DNA of 64,000 bases from Heptranchias perlo (Eukaryota). A program made the translations under genes and the position numbers. Below the pieces are notes generated by a model that was not told the origin of the DNA, did not search any database, and worked only from the letters and a program-made list of their open reading frames with translations. Location: assembly GCF_035084215.1 (NCBI RefSeq), contig NW_027139442.1, forward strand, positions 11,160,001-11,224,000, given 5' to 3'. Position 1 is the first letter of the stretch. The number at the start of each line of letters is the position of its first letter. Below are positions 27,965 to 43,910 of this stretch, in pieces.

Positions 27965-30900
27965 TATACAGATACAGAATGAATCTCACACTCAGATACA
28001 GTACAGAGACACACAAACACAGAATGAATCCCACACTCACATACAGTACTAGAGTTTGCCAGACACAGATTGAATCCAACACTCAAGTATGGTGCTAGAG
28101 ATGTCAGATACAGAATGTATCACACACTGACATACAGTACCAAGGACTGACAGTTAGCAAAACCATCCCACACTCTCATAAAGCACTAGAGACTGAGAGA
28201 TACAAAATAAATCCCAAACTCAAACACAGTACCTGAGATTGGCAGATACAGAATGAAGACCACACTCACGTACAGTACCACAGTCTGACAGAGTACAGAA
28301 TGAATCTCACACTCACACACAGTACTCGAGACTGACAGATACAGACTGAATCCCACACTCACACACAGTACCTGAGATTGGCAGATACAGAATGAATCTC
28401 ACACACAGTACCAGAGACTGACAGATACAGAATGAATCCCACACTCACAAGCAGTACCTGAGTTTGGCAGATACAGAATGAATCTCACACTCATACACAG
28501 TACCAGAGACTGACAGATACAGAATGATTCCCACACTCACACACAGTACCTGAGATTGGCAGATGCAGAATGAATCTCACACACAGCACCAGAGACTGAC
28601 AGATACAGAATGAATCCCACACTCACACACAGTGCCAGAGACTGAGAGATACAGAATGAATGCCACACTCACACGCAGTACATGAGATTGGCAGATACAG
28701 AATTAATCTCACACTCACACACAGTACCAGAGACTGACAGATACAGTATGAATCTCACACCAACATACATTATGAGAAACTGGATATATGGAAATAATTC
28801 AACACCCACACACAGTACTCGAGAATGTATATGCAGAATGAATCCCACAGTCAAATAGAGTACCAGAGAGTGACAGTTACAGCATGAATCCCACACTCAC
28901 AGTCAGTACCAGAGACTGAGAGTAACAAAGTGAATCTCACAGTCACCTACATTAGTGCAGGCTGAGTTACACATTACGTACCAGAGCAAAAATCTCACAG
29001 TCGCAGATCGAAAGATACCTCATCAATTCCATCAATGCTGTCTTAGTTACACATTACATACCAGTCCAAAAATCTCATCGTGTCAGATTTAAAGGTGCAG
29101 TATCAATTCTATTAGCGCAGACTGAGCTACATATTAGATATATTGGTAAATACTCATGGAGTATTATACTGAAATAAACAGTATCAATACCATTGGTACA
29201 GACTGAACTACACATTACATACGAGTCCAAAAACCTCTTAAATGATCAGACTGGAAAATAGAGTTTCAATTCTATTAGCACTGCCTGAGCTGTACATTAC
29301 ATACCAGACTGGAAATCCAATAAAATATTAGACTAAAAGATGTAGTATCGATTTCATGAGTGCAGACTGAGCCACACATTATATAGCAGTCCAAGAATCT
29401 CATACCTTATCAGACTCAAAGATACAATATCAATTGCATTAGCACAGACAGAGCTACATGTTACACACCAGTCCAAAAATCTCATACAGTTTAGACTGAG
29501 ATACAGAATTAATCCCATTATTGCAGAATAAACTAAACATTACATAAGGGTCCAATAATTTCACTGGGAACAGATTGAAAGGTACATTATCATTCACAAA
29601 AAAGTTCATAGATTAAGATGTAATACTACTCCAAAACTCACACACATTGTTTGATTAAAGAAAATTGAAAAGTGCATGCATATTAACAAATTAAATACTC
29701 GATGAATAACTGTATATAATTTAAAGTATTAAATCTACAGTTTCAAAAACGATACTGTAAACTGAAATAAGAACACCGAATGAATCCAGACTTGCACATT
29801 GTCTCAGAGACTGAATTACAGAATGAATCCCACACTGAGATAAAGTAGCAGAGAATGGCAGATACAGAATGAATCCCACACACACAGATAGCACGAGAGA
29901 CTGAGAGATTCAGAATGAATCCATCACTTATATGTAATACCCCTGAGACTGAGAGATGCAGAATATACCCCATGCTCACACTCAGTACCAGAGACTGACA
30001 GATATAGAATGAATCCTACACTCACATACAGTATCCGGAACAGAATGAATGTCACTCGCGCACAGTACCAGGGACTGACAGATACAGAATGAATCTCTCA
30101 CTCAAAAAGTACCAGAGACTGATGGATACAGAATGAATGTCACAGTCACATTACTGCTGACTGAGTTACACTTTACAGACCAGTCCAAAGATCTCATAGT
30201 ATCAGATTGAAAGATAAAGTATAAATTCCATTAGTGCAGACTGAGCTACATATTAGATATATTGGTAAATACTCAGTATTATACAGATATAAATATTATC
30301 AATACCATTGGTGCAGACTGAGCTACACATTACATACGAGTCCAAAAATCACATAAATGATCAGACTGAAAGATATAGTTTAAATTCTTTTAGCACCGCC
30401 TGAGCTAAACATTATATAACAGTCCAACAATCTCATACAATGTTAGACTGAAAGGTACAGTATCGATTTCATTAGTGCAGACTGAGCCACACATTATATA
30501 GCAATCCAAGAATCTCATACCTTATCAGACTCAAAGATATAATATCAATTCCATTAGCACAGACTGAACTACATGTTACTCACCAGTCCAAAAACTTCAT
30601 ACAGTATAAGACTGATAGATACAGTATCAATTCCTTTAGTGCAGGATGAGCTACATATTACATATCGTGTCCAAAAATCACATGTCGTGTTAGACTCAGA
30701 TACAGAATTAATCCCATTATTGCAGACTGAGCTACTCATTACATACCAGTCCAATAATTTCACCGGGAACAGATTGAAACGTACATTATCATTCACAATA
30801 CAGTTCAGAGATTAAGATATAATACTGCTCCAAAACTCTCACACATTGTTTGAATAAAGAAAATCGAAAAATGTATCCATATTAACAACGTAAATAATCG

Positions 30901-31325
30901 ACGAAGAACTATATATAATTTAAAGCATTAAAGATACAGTTTCAAATACGATACTGTAAACTGAAATAAGAATACAGAATGAATCCAGACTTGCACATTG
31001 TCTCAGAGACTGAATGACAGAATGAATCCCACACTGAGATAAAGTAGCAGAGAATGGCAGATACAGAATGAATCCCACACTCACATACAGCACCAGAAAA
31101 TGACAGATACAGAAATAATCCCACACTCACATAAAGTACCAGAGACTGACAGATACAGAATGAATCCATCACTTATATATAGTACCTGAGACTGAAAGAT
31201 GCAGAACATACCCCATGCTCACACTCAGTACCAGAGATTGACAGATACTGAATGAATCCCAAACTCACGCACAGTACCAGAGACTGACAATGACAGAATC
31301 AACCCCACTCTCATGTACAGTGCTA
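27965..31325. repeat. Alternating 46-bp and 82-bp satellite arrays
   Basis: 46-mer at 27965-28945, 29775-30150 and 30970-31325 (period 46 measured from 28408 to 28454); 82-mer at 28950-29590 and 30150-30790. Confidence 0.88.
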
Positions 31326-33104
31326 GAGATGACATCTACTGGCCGTAAGCGAGTACTGTAATGAGGGAACAAATTCACATTATCTGTCGTGGTCAGAGAA
31401 ACAGGATAATGTGCAATGTGATGGAAGTTTCGGTCTGCAACTTTTACTCTCGTATTTTTGCACTTTTTGACGGTGAAAAATGAAGACAATTGATTCATAA
31501 TAAAGTTTTTGTTTCACTCATTCGATAGTTGTGAATTTACCCCATTGTATTTCGCTTTACATTGCGAAGTATTTCTCGCTGATATCTCAGGATGATTTAC
31601 ATTGCACCTCTACCCCATTTAGACTCTTATTTTCCATGCAGTATGTGGCCTCCTTATTCCCCCGAGCGAAATGCACCACCTCACACTTTTCTATATTGAA
31701 ATTCAATGACCATTTACACGGCCGTTCTGCAAGTTTATTTTGTCCCAGTCTTCCTCAATATTGACTATACGCCCTAAATCGATTACAAGAATTTAACACA
31801 GCATTACAAGTAGTTTTTGGTCCAAAAAAAAATGTACTTGCAGCTCGTCTCCATTTTTTCTAAATCCCACCCGTACAATATAATGTGAAGAATGAGTTTA
31901 TCTTCTGTCCCTCTCTCATCTGTAAACTTCACTGTCCCGGGGTTTGGGGACATCTACTGGCCGAAAGCAGAACTGCAACAGTTCGGAACAAATTGCTGAA
32001 ACCGGACAATGTGCAGTGTGAGCGTGTTTGTGATTGGTGGCAGGTACTAAATCTGATTTTTTAAACCTGCCCATTAACCTTTAGTGTTTGTTATTGAACA
32101 GTAAACAGAGCCGGACAGTAAGGATATGGGGAGTTATACAAAGAGCATCTATTGCAGGCATCAGGTGAGAAGTGTGAAGGTCACATTTTAAACAGCGGCT
32201 GTTTTGTTTCGGTTGAACGGTTAGTCCCATGAGAAAGGGGAGTAGAAATCTGATATGTACAAAGGTCCCTGCCCAATCGGGTAGACCCTTTCATGGATCA
32301 GTGCAGGGGTTGGGTTGTGTCTGGATGTCACTAAATTGTAATATTGCCCAACACACCTGGTGTGCAGAAGCTGAGTGCTGCAGTACTGCAGTGGAATCAG
32401 ACACTGACACTGTTTGTATCGCTGTTTTTCCTTTGTGGATATTAAAATGATTATTAACAGAGAGATTCAATTGATCACTTTTGGTTTTTTCTACCTCACC
32501 TGTTCTTGAGTTACAAGAGACAGTTTTTTTTCCATCAGTCAATTCGTTGAAGGACCCAGAATCAGTGTGATGTTTACTCCACCCGAGGCACAAGGAGCAG
32601 TCAGTGCAGCCAGCTCCTTCTCACACACAGTATGTACATTAACACTCAGAGCATAGAGACACAGACAGGTCATCAGTTCCACATTCTCAGATAGCAGAAA
32701 TGGTCAATACCACGCTGATCCCAATCCAACAGTCAAACAGAGCAGGAGAGACAGACGGAATTTCTATTTCACAATGACTCAGTACCGCTGACTGGCAAAT
32801 AAATAATTCCCAGTCCAAAATCACACCCAGTTTCAGATTGAAAGGCACTGTTTCAATTCTCACATTATTTCAGCCTGAGCTACAAATTAAATACCAGATA
32901 GAACTGACACATGGTACTGATTGATAGATACAGAGTGAATAACAATAGTGTACTCCAAGATTAAAATTAAATACCAGCCCTCAATTCACACACATTTTGA
33001 GTTTAAAGCTGCAGTAGTCATGCCAATAGTGCACCCTGAGATACAAATTAGATACCAATTCAGATGTTACCCATATTTGACTCACATGTATGTTCAAAAA
33101 CCTC

Positions 33105-34985
33105 ATGGTGTCAGAATGAAATGTACAGTTTTAATTCCTTTACTGTAGATTGAGGTACACGTTAGATACCAGTCCAAAATTCTCATACAGTATAAAACTG
33201 AAAGATATAGTATTGATTTGATTAGTACAGACTGACGTACACATTACATACCAGCACAAAAATCTCTCACAGTATGAGACTGAAAGATGCAGTATCATCC
33301 CATTAGTGCAGATTGAGCTACACATTATATACCAGTCCAAAAATCACATTCAGGGTCAAACTGAAAGGCACAGTATGAATTCCATTACAGCAGACTGAGC
33401 TACACATTATATACCAGTTCAAAAAACAGATTCAGGGTCATGCCGAATGATGCAGTATCAATCCCATTAGTGCAGAATGAGTTACACATTACACACCAGT
33501 CTAAATATATTGCGCAGCATCAGACTGAAAGATACAGTATCAATTCCATTCGTGCAGACTGAGCTACACATTATATACAGTCCAAAATTCGCATGCAGTG
33601 TCGTACTGAAATATACAGTATGAATCCTATTAGTGTGGACTAAGCCACACATTACAAACCAGTCCAAAAATCTCTCTCAGTGTCTGACTGAAAGCTAGAG
33701 TTTGAATTCCATTCGTACAGACTGAACTACACATTACATATCAGTCCAAAAATCACTTCAAGCTCATGCTGAAATGTACAGCATCAATTCCATTAGTGTT
33801 GACTGAACCACACATTGCATACTAGAACAAAAAAAAATCACAGTGTCAGATTGACAGAAAACGTATCAATTCCATCAATGCTGAATGAGCAACAAATTAC
33901 ATACAACCCATAAATCTCATACAGTGTCAGACTGAAAGATACTTTATCAATTGCATTAGTGCAGGCTGAGCTACACATTATATATAGTCCAAAATTTGCA
34001 TATTGTATCCTACTGAAAGATACAGTAACAATTCCTTTACTGCAAACTGAGCTACACATTACCTACCAGTCCAAAAATCACATTCTTGGCCATGCTGAAA
34101 GATACAGTATCAATCCCATTAGTGCAGACTGAGCTACACCTTACACACCAGTCTAAATATATTACACAGTAGCAGAATAAAAGGTACAGCATCAATTCCA
34201 TTAGTGCAGACTAAGCTACACATTACATACCGGTCCAAAAACCTCACACGGTATCGGACTGAAAGATACAGTATCATTCTTATTATAGCTGATTGAGCCC
34301 CAGTATCAATTTGATTTGTACAGACTGAGCTATACATTCCATACCAGTTCAAAAACCTCATACTTCATCTTTAAGTCTGTTACTGTATCAATTCCATTAT
34401 AGCTGACTGAGCTACACCTTACAGACTAATCTAAATATATTACACAGAATCAGACTGAAAGATACAGTATCAATTCCATTAGCACAAACTGAGCTGCACA
34501 CGAAATACCAGTCCAATAATTTCACAGTAAAAGATGAAATGTAAATTATCATTTACAATAGTCTTCAGAGATTAAAGTGTAATCCTACACCAAAACTCAC
34601 ACACGTTGTTTGATTAAAACAAAATCCAAAAGTTTATCCATAATTACAAATTAATGCTAGACAAAAGATTGTGCATACATTAATGAATTAAACATACAGT
34701 TTCAAGCAATATACTGTAACATGAAATAAGAATACAGAACGAAACCAGACTTGCACTTTGTCCCAGAGACGGAGTTACACAATGAATCCCACACTCACAC
34801 GCAGTACCAGAGACTGACAAGAATAGAATGAATCCTACATTCACTTAAAGCACCAGAGACTGACAGATAAAGAATAAATCCCACACACACATACACACAC
34901 ACAGTACCGGAGACTGACAGACACAGAATGAATCTCACACTCAATACAGTCCCAGAAACTGACAGAGAATTAATCCCAAACTCAC
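33105..34985. repeat. 82-bp satellite array (to ~34545) plus short 46-bp array (34775-34985)
   Basis: Same units as above. Confidence 0.85.
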
Positions 34986-35751
34986 ATACATTCTGATATC
35001 GACTGGCTGTAAGGGAGAACTGTAACAGAGTGGAACAAATTCACATTATCTGTCGTTGATACAGATTCAGGACAATGTGCAATGGGAGGAAATAGTTTCT
35101 CTCTGTAACTTCTGCTCTCGTAATTTTTCATATTTTGTCAGTGAAAATGAAGACAATTGATTCATAATAATGTTCTTGCTTTGCTCATTCGAAAGTTGCC
35201 CCATTATGTTTCACTCTACATTGCTCAATATTTCTGTCTGATTTCTCAGGACACGATTTATATTAATTCAAATAAACCGAACTGAAACACAAATAAAAAC
35301 TGAGCGCAAATCTGGAAGTTCCAATGAGCGTCAAAAGTGAAAGGGATAAAACATAGAAAAAATTAAAACCGAAAATGCTGGAAAGACTCGGCAGGTCCGG
35401 CAGCATCTGTGGAGAAGGGAAGCTCGGGTTAACGGTTCAGGTCAATGATCCTTCTATAGATCAGAAAGGTTAATCCGACATAATTTAAATAAGGAACTGG
35501 AATCTGCAGAGGGAAAAACTTCAGAAAATCAATTAATTTCACTGAATCCGGGCAATTGTGTCCTGTATCCACTGTACAGATCAGGAGAAATAATAATACA
35601 AAGGAACAAAGTTCAATTCAACGTTATGGGGGAAATAAATGAATTTTTAAAATATTTTTTGAATATAAATTAGACCCGTTTGTGTTTTGGAAACACGATC
35701 CCTCTGAACATCATCAAATTCGGTTCCAGTCTTGGTGTTTCTGAATTCAGA

Positions 35752-35802
35752 ATTCAAACCTGTTGGAATTAACTGTTTGGAAGGCAGCTATACTCACCAT
35801 GA
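35752..35802 (-). pseudogene. tRNA-Gly(TCC) remnant
   Basis: AACTGTTTGGAAGGCAGCTATACTCACCAT, duplicate of the remnant at 18260-18325. Confidence 0.6.
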
Positions 35803-37546
35803 AAGCGCCTTATTTCACGAGGAGAGAGAAGTAGAGTGTTTCTGTGGAGTTTCACACTGAATTGCGCCCTTTGGATTTTTGGTACTTGAATCACAGACAA
35901 TAAATAGTTCCCAAACATCAGCCCCTGAACAGACACAACAAGCTGGTGGAATTTCTCATTCATAGATATTAATAAGAGGATGACAAAAGCAAATCGGAAG
36001 AGGTTAGGAAGAAATCACAAAAACAATTACAGAAGAAAACAGGAACCACGAAATCAAATTATCAAGGTATATGAAAAGAAATAATAAATTATTCTACAGA
36101 CACAAAAATAACAAAATGAAAATCAGAATAGTTTGAGTGCCACTGAGGGATGCACACGATAAACTAACAGGTAACGTCAGCGAAATGGCAGAAATATTGA
36201 ATTGTTACTTTGCTCATATTTACCCGGGAGTTTAACAGGGTGAACATGATATTAAAGGAAGAGGTCAATAAAGATATCAAGACATTTAAGTTAGAAAGGG
36301 TGGTTAAACTGGTCCTGATGGATTGTATCCGTGCATATTAAATGAAGCAAGGGAAGAGATAGCAGAGGCACTGTTACATATATAGAAAAAAATCATCACA
36401 AAGTGGAATAGTGCCAAAGGACTGGATGACAGCTAATGGGATTGTTATATTTTAAAACAGGAGATAGAACAAGTGCAGGGAACTATAGACCAGTTAACGA
36501 AAGGTCGGTGGTGGGGATGATCATGGAATCCTTTACTCAATGATGCAGTAGATAAACATCTAGAAACCGAATATATAATAAAGAATAGTCAGCACGGATT
36601 TCAGAAAGGGAAGGTTTAATAGTTTGACAGAAGGTTTGACAGTTTAATTTACAGTTCAACAGAACTTATCTCCTTTTCAATTCTGTTCCATTAGAAATAA
36701 ACCTCTGTGTTTGTTTTCTATGACATTATCAACCTGAGTTGCTACTTTAATGATTTGTCAATCTGTACCCCTAAATCCCTTTGCTCTTCGACCCCATTTA
36801 GACTCTTATTTTCCAAGCAGTGTGTGGCCTCCTTATTCCCCCGAGCAAAATGCACCACGTCACAACTTTCTATATGGAAATTCAATGGCCATTTTCACCG
36901 CCTTTCAGCAAGTTTATTAAAGTCTTCTTGAATTTTGTTAGATTCTTCCTCAGTATAGGCTATACCCACTAAATAATTACAAGCATTTCACACGACATTA
37001 CAACAAATGTTTGCTCCAACAAAATGTTCTCCATTCCCAGTTTCTCTGAATCCCACTCGTGTAATATAATGTGAAGAATGAGTTTATCTTCTGTCCCTCT
37101 CTCATCTGCAAACTTCAATGACCCGGGGTTTGGGGACATCTACTGGCCGGAAGCAGAACTGCAACAGTTCGGAACAAATTGCTGAAACCGGACAATGTGC
37201 AGTGTGAGCGTGTTTGTGATTGGTGGCAGGTTCTAAATCTGATTGGATATCTGAAGAAACCTATCAGAGAGTGAAAGGAAAAGGTGACGTTTATCACTCC
37301 CAATGACCCAATCACAATCATTGCCTTCCACCATCCCTTATTAGCATAGGGTTGTGGGGCTGCCTATTTAATCCGAGCTCGGAGTGGATTTGTGTCATTT
37401 CTGGGTCTGAAATTGAGTTTTGAGATGCCTGAGGACAAGAAAGCAGCTCCCAAGAAGGGCGCCAAGAAAACCTTGAGTAAAGCACCAGCCAAGGGCGGCA
37501 AGAAGCGGAGAAAGTCGAGGAAGGAGAGTTACTCCATCTACATCTA

Positions 37547-38031
<485 letters not shown>

Positions 38032-38999
38032 TAAAACTCCACAATCAACTGAAAAAAACTAAACACAAAGGCTCTTTTCAGAGCCACCCACAGTCTCTCT
38101 GAAGACGCTGTACCGACCCCTCTGTATGGAATCATTTTACTGTAGATAGTTTGATACTAACTGTCTCTCTATAACTCTTGTGCTTTTCTAATTTCTCTTG
38201 AAATCTGGAAGATTCTCATAATCACTGCCAGGTATAATCTATGTGTCGCTTTCTATTTAGTTCCAATAACCAAAAACGTGTCCCTGATCCTCTCATTCCC
38301 GTTCATATTCCGCCCCTTCCCCCGCGTCTGCCCCTTCATAGCCGTCTTAAGGCGATGGATTAGACTTCATTCCTTTCTCCTTTTCACGTTTGTTTGTTCA
38401 TTATTCGGGAATATCACTTTGAGAACCGCAATGATTTGAAATGCAGCAACCCTGAAAGGGACGTCGCACCGAGTACAGAAAAGTCTGAAGGCTCTGTCAC
38501 TGTTCGACTTCTTACACCAGGAGTCTCGGCTCCGGTTTCGATCGCGCTGCAGCTCCAGTGAACAGGGATCAATCCACAATCTGTGGTTTGTTACTTTTAC
38601 AAAGATTGAGCTGGAATCTGCCCCGTTACAAAATGGGACTTTATTCCCGCCGGATTGAAAGCGAACGATGAAGGGAGCCGGATTTTAAACGGATTGTAAA
38701 AGATTCTGGAAGTTGTGACGGGAAATGTGGAATAACAGAGTAAAAGGAGAGAGATTTTTTAATCTTTGTCTCAAGGCGACATTATTTACTAAATCCGCTT
38801 CTTGTTTTACAAATATTTTGGCGGGCTTTTCAAATTTCAAAAAAAACGGTTCAGTTCGGTATTTTCCGCCCTTTCTCATTGCCGGCTATTGATTGGCGAA
38901 TAAAACAGCTCTCTGATTGGGCTGTTCGCTGAACCAATGAGATTGAGAACAGATTGACCAATTACAAGTGCCCCCACTTTATACCTCCAGAAGGTATAA

Positions 39000-39449
<450 letters not shown>

Positions 39450-39480
39450 ATCGGCCAAGATTTAATCTGATAAACCCAAA

Positions 39481-39496
39481 GGCTCTTTTCAGAGCC
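39481..39496 (+). terminator. Histone 3' stem-loop (H2A)
   Basis: CCCAAA-GGCTCTTTTCAGAGCC-ACCCA. Confidence 0.95.
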
Positions 39497-39659
39497 ACCC
39501 ACTGTATCTGTGAAAGGGCTGGTCACTGTCTGAAGAGACTGACCTATTGATCAGAGTTGTCCCCGGTCTACGTTGATATATTACATCACTATAGAGGTTA
39601 AAGGAATGGGAGCCAATGTAACTCACCGAGCACATGGGTGACAGGTGAAAGTGAGTTGG

Positions 39660-39935
39660 TGGGAGTAGAATAGGGCAACGGAGATTTGGAGGAGTTCATG
39701 TTTACAGAGGGTGGAAGATCGGAGGCTGACCAGGAGAGCATTGGAATAGCAAAGTCTGGAGGTAACAAGGGAATGGATGAGGGTTTCAGCTGAGGCAGGG
39801 GCGGAGACGCGCGATGTTACAAAGGTGGAATTAGGTCTTGGTGATCGAGCGGATATGTGGTCGGATGCTCATCTCAGGGTCAGATAGGACACAAAGGTTG
39901 CGAACGGTCATATTCCGGCTCACACAGTGGCCAGG
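39660..39935 (-). mobile_element. L2-clade LINE ORF2 fragment
   Basis: Minus strand reads FHLCNIARLRPCLS then, after a frameshift, ETLIHSLVTSRLCYSNALL, matching the L2 ORF2 C-terminal motif. Confidence 0.7.
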
Positions 39936-39942
39936 GAGAAGT

Positions 39943-40635
39943 CTCTGTCCATCCCGGTCCCTGAATCGATCCAGTCCCCAAACAGGACCTGGGTCTGTCC
40001 ATCCCGACCACTGAATCTATCCAGTCCCCACATAGGATCTGCGTCTGTCCATCCCGGTCCCTGAATCTATCCAGTCCCCACACAGGACCTGGGTCTGTCC
40101 ATCCCGGTACCTGAATCGATCCAATTTCACACTGACTCCAGCTCTAATTCAATTCATAATAGCCACACATGACCAATCTCCATCCATTCCGGTCCCTGAA
40201 TCTATCCAGTCCTCAATGACCTCAGCTCTAATTAAACTCATTTTACCCACACAGGAACTGTCTCTGTCCATCCCGGTCCCTGAATATATGCAGTCCACAC
40301 ACAGGACCTGGGTCTGTCCATCCAATACTTCAATCTATCCAGTCCCCACACAGGACCTGGGTCTGTCCATCCCGGTCCCTGAATCTATGCAGTCCCCACA
40401 CAGGACCTGGGTCTGTCCATCCAATACTTGAATCTATCCAGTCCCCACACAGGACCTGGGTCTGTCCATCCCGGTCCCTGAATCTATGCAGTCCCCACAC
40501 AGGACCTGGGTCTGTCCATTCCGTTCCCTGATTCTGTCCAGTTCCCAATGACTTCAGCTCTAATAAACACATTGTACCCACACAGGAACTGTCTCTGTCC
40601 ATCCCAGTGCCTGATTCTATCCAGTCCCACACTGA
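39943..40635. repeat. 50-bp minisatellite with alternating variants
   Basis: Unit CTGTCCATCCCGGTCCCTGAATCTATCCAGTCCCCACACAGGACCTGGGT; period 50 measured from 39945 to 39995. Confidence 0.9.
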
Positions 40636-41154
40636 CCCAAGCACGGACAGGTACAGATTGCCTTCCACACCGATTTATGTTTATTAAACTATTGGGCGCC
40701 TCCTGTCAGCTACAAATCTGAAACTAATACTATCCCTCTTCCAACGGTTCCGTAGCGGCATTGATTGATTTTATTATGATAGTGATTGTGTTGGAACTGT
40801 AGTGTGCATCATTTATTGAATTTAAATTATATATTCCGCCTTTTTTTCTGGAAACCCTTGAATATCAAGCCGGAGTCTGTAAGGATTGTGTCTGAATTTG
40901 TATTTCCTATTTGATGCTGGTGAAAAATTTATAAAGGACGGTAACTGATTCCTGGAGGCGGAGCTTGAAGTTGCACGTCCGCTTGTCCGTCATTCTGAGC
41001 CAGTCTCCTCCTCTCCCGCACTTCATGCTCTGTCTGTCATTCAAACACTCTTCCCCGGCCTCTCCGATAATGTGCCTATCTCAACCAGGTCGGGGCGGGC
41101 TTTATAAATACAGAAGAAAGGCGAGGGTTTTTCATTCAGCAGCGATCTGAGTGA

Positions 41155-41475
<321 letters not shown>

Positions 41476-41510
41476 ACGACTCGACCCTTTCTAACCGGAC
41501 ACAAAACAAA

Positions 41511-41526
41511 GGCTCTTCTAAGAGCC
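41511..41526 (+). terminator. Histone 3' stem-loop (H4)
   Basis: CAAA-GGCTCT-TCTA-AGAGCC-ACCCA. Confidence 0.93.
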
Positions 41527-42802
41527 ACCCACCGCCTCACAGAGAGAGCACTGACCTGGGAACTGGTGCGGGGTTATATTGGGCTAGGGAATAGTTTTAT
41601 AATTAAAGAGTTTTCTGTGACACACAGTACGGTGAGCTGGGATCGGCGGCGAGCTGCACCGGTTACTGAGAGGGAACCTTCCCTTATTGAGTGCACTGAA
41701 TTGTCCAGGGAACGTTACAAGTGAGTTTACCCGGAGCTGAATTCCCCCCCTCGCTGAAATGCTCCTTCACTCCATTCGCTCTGTTTTGGTTCTATTTATC
41801 AGTCAGATGTTGTGATGTGGGACCGGGGGTTTCCATGGGAGAACAGGTTGAGCTGAGCCGCTGTGATAAGGGCCCAGTTTGTGATATGGATTTTCCCTCT
41901 GACGGTTGTTTCTGACACTGATACTGAGAGGGTTTGTGAAATTGAACCGTTTGAGCTCAGTCATTGGGGACCTGGAATTACCACAGGCCCAACTGGCAAA
42001 GCCCGCTCAAAACTGAGGCTACTTCTCATTGGTTGCTTTGCTTGAAAACTAATTTCCTGAACCAATCGGAGAGACGACAATAAGAAAACGGAGCAAATTG
42101 TTGGCCACAATTGACCGATTTTTTAAAATTTGAAAAAAGCCGCCAATTTCAGTGTATGAAATAAGTGAATTACTCGGCCATGTCGTTTTTACACAAAGAC
42201 TTAAAATCTCTTTGTAATAATGTTATTCCGTATTACACGTCCCAAATTCCGAGCGCTGTTTCAAAAACACATTGTCTATAACTTGCGGAATATAACCCCA
42301 ATCATAGATTGCTGATATGGACAAATTTCACTTCTACCTGTAAAAATAACAAACTCCAGGTTATCAATTGAATCCGTTGCAGGGACTGAACAGGAACCGT
42401 GTGTCCTGAAAACGGAATCATGGACGAAGCCTGAAAATGAGCCAATTCTTTTCTCCAGTCGTTCATTCTGGATTGTTACACTGCGGGGAACGTGCTGCTA
42501 ATATGCGGGATATTAAGATCAGTAATTAATTATTTCAGAGATTGGCTCCACAGTGAGAAAGAGGAAGGAACTAAATTCTGATTCATAGCCCTGAAAGTGG
42601 TGGTTCACGGGAAAACCGGGGGCGGTGTAAATCTGAATGAGAGCGAGAGCAAAGCAAAAGGGAATTGAATGGACCCCGGACCCGTGTTCACTTTATTGGG
42701 CAGTAAATTCTACAGAGACAAACATTAAAATGGAGTAGTTTCACTGACTTTCTTTCAATTTATCTACCAGATTCAAAGGATGATGACCGAGTAAAGCAGC
42801 AA

Positions 42803-43910
42803 TTCTGTATCTGTCAGTCTCTGTTCCCGTATGTGAGTCGGATTCATTCTGAATCTGTCAGTCTCTGGTACTGTGTGTGAGTATCGGATTCATTCTGTAT
42901 CTGTCAGTCTATGGTACTGTGTGTGAGTGTGGGATTCATTCTGTATCTATCAGACTCTAGTACTGTGTGTGAGTGTGGGATTCATTCTGTATCTATCAGT
43001 CTCTGGTACTGTGTGTGAGTGTGGGATTCATTCTGTATCTGTCAGTCTCGGGTACTGTGTGTGAGTGTGGGATTCATTCGAGATCTGTCAGTCTCTGGTA
43101 CTGTGTGCGAGTGTGGGATTCATTCTGTATCTGTCATTCTCTGGTACTGTGTGTGAGTGTGGGAATCATCCTGTATCTGTCAGTCTCTGGTACTATGTGT
43201 GAGTGTGGGTTTCATTCTGTATCTGTCAGTCTCTGGTACTGTATTTGAATGTGGAATTAATTCTAAATCTCTCTGTCTCTTGTCCTGTGTGTGAGTGTGG
43301 GGTACATTCTGTATTCGTCAGTTTCTGGTACTGTGTGTGAGAGAGGGATTTATTCTGTATCTGTCAGTCTCTTGGCCTGTGTGTGAATGTTGGATTCATT
43401 CTGGATCTGTCCGTCTCTGGTACTGTGTGTGAGTGTGGGATTCATTCTGTATCTGTCAGTTTCTGGTACTGTGTGTGAGTGTGGGATTCATTCTGTATCT
43501 GTCAGTCTCTTGGCCTGTGTGTGAGTGTGGGATTCATTCTGGATCTGTCCCTCTCCCGTACTGTGTGTGAGTGTGGGATTCATTCTGTATCAGTCCGTCT
43601 CTGGTACTGTATTTGAATGTAGGATTCAATCTAAATCTGTCAGTCTCTTGTCCTGTGTGTGAGTGTGGGGTGCATTCTGTATTTGTTCGTCTCTGGTACT
43701 GTGTGTGAATGTGGGATACATTCTGTATCTGTCAGTCTCTGGTACTGTGTGTGAGTGAGGGATTTATTCTGTATCTGTCAGTCTCTGGTACTGTGTGTGA
43801 GTGTGGGATTCACTCTGTATCTGTCAGTCTCCAGTACTGTATGTGAGTTTCGGATTCCTTCTGCATGTCAGTCTCTGTACTGTATCTGAGTGTGAGATTC
43901 ATTCTGTGTC
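42803..43910 (-). repeat. 46-bp satellite array, inverted orientation
   Basis: Unit TGTGTGTGAGTGTGGGATTCATTCTGTATCTGTCAGTCTCTGGTAC; continues into an inverted copy of ~11545-12550 (to ~44875). Confidence 0.9.

Noticed and set aside
27965-28945. Regularly spaced repeats as a CRISPR-like array
   Set aside because: Units are contiguous with no unique spacers, there are no cas genes, and the context is vertebrate.
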